From NCBI GenBank assembly GCA_033764315.1, contig JANRJA010000035.1, positions 1 through 39,253 on the forward strand: DNA of 39,253 bases, given 5' to 3'. This document shows, one piece after another, positions 39,120 through 39,253 of the stretch. This DNA is from Oculatellaceae cyanobacterium bins.114 (lineage in GTDB: Bacteria > Cyanobacteriota > Cyanobacteriia > Elainellales > Elainellaceae). A model generated the notes under the pieces. That model saw only the letters and a list, made by a program, of their open reading frames with translations, was not told the DNA's origin and searched no databases. A program made the position numbers and the translations under genes. Each line of letters opens with the position of its first letter. Position 1 is the stretch's first letter.

Positions 39120-39253
39120 GAACCTATCCGAAAACGTCTCAATGGGTGAGATGCTTTTAAGAAGGATGTTTCAGGGATTAACGAGCGATGTCCTTCACAG
39201 AGATCAACCCTGCCTATCGATTGCCAGATGAGGTATGGGAACGGGTTCATCAT
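39120..39253 (+). mobile_element. Left end of an IS5-family insertion sequence
   Basis: TAA followed by a putative terminal repeat GAACCTATCCGAAAAC, then the transposase start. Confidence 0.65.
39188..39253 (+). CDS. IS5-family transposase, N-terminal fragment (runs off the window)
   Basis: MSFTEINPAYRLPDEVWERVHH matches the typical IS5 N-terminal L.D..WE.I motif. Confidence 0.65.
   Translation, partial: MSFTEINPAYRLPDEVWERVHH

Noticed and set aside
1-39253. Composite transposon bounded by the two IS ends
   Set aside because: The two elements belong to different families (IS630 versus IS5), and the interior has host-like HIP1 density.

Overview
Cyanobacterial chromosomal window; the HIP1 octamer GCGATCGC is very frequent. 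An IS630-family transposase 3' end lies at the left edge and an IS5-family transposase 5' end at the right edge. The centre is a ~20 kb minus-strand cluster (8058-28318) of six signalling genes: five histidine kinases and one Rcp1-like receiver. Together they carry three cyanobacteriochrome (CBCR)-type GAF domains (two DXCF dual-Cys, one atypical green/red lineage), CBS pairs, about 21 PAS domains and a pseudo-receiver. No DNA-binding output or Hpt domain is visible. Many PAS/PAC junctions are encoded by the same HIP1-containing 18-mer. Other genes: a CBM20-SGNH-DUF1796 fusion, a sterol desaturase-family protein, DUF4230, MOSC, TRAP dctQ/dctM without dctP, an SDR/AraC pair, a sixth hybrid kinase and adhA. 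Intergenic DNA is rich in repeats: a doubly palindromic 41-42 bp array apparently hit by the IS630, a 21-bp direct-repeat array, a ~111-bp MITE in two copies with perfect 8-bp target duplications (one inside a pseudogene), and other MITE/REP-like debris. All family calls are by-eye motif recognition; no searches were run.
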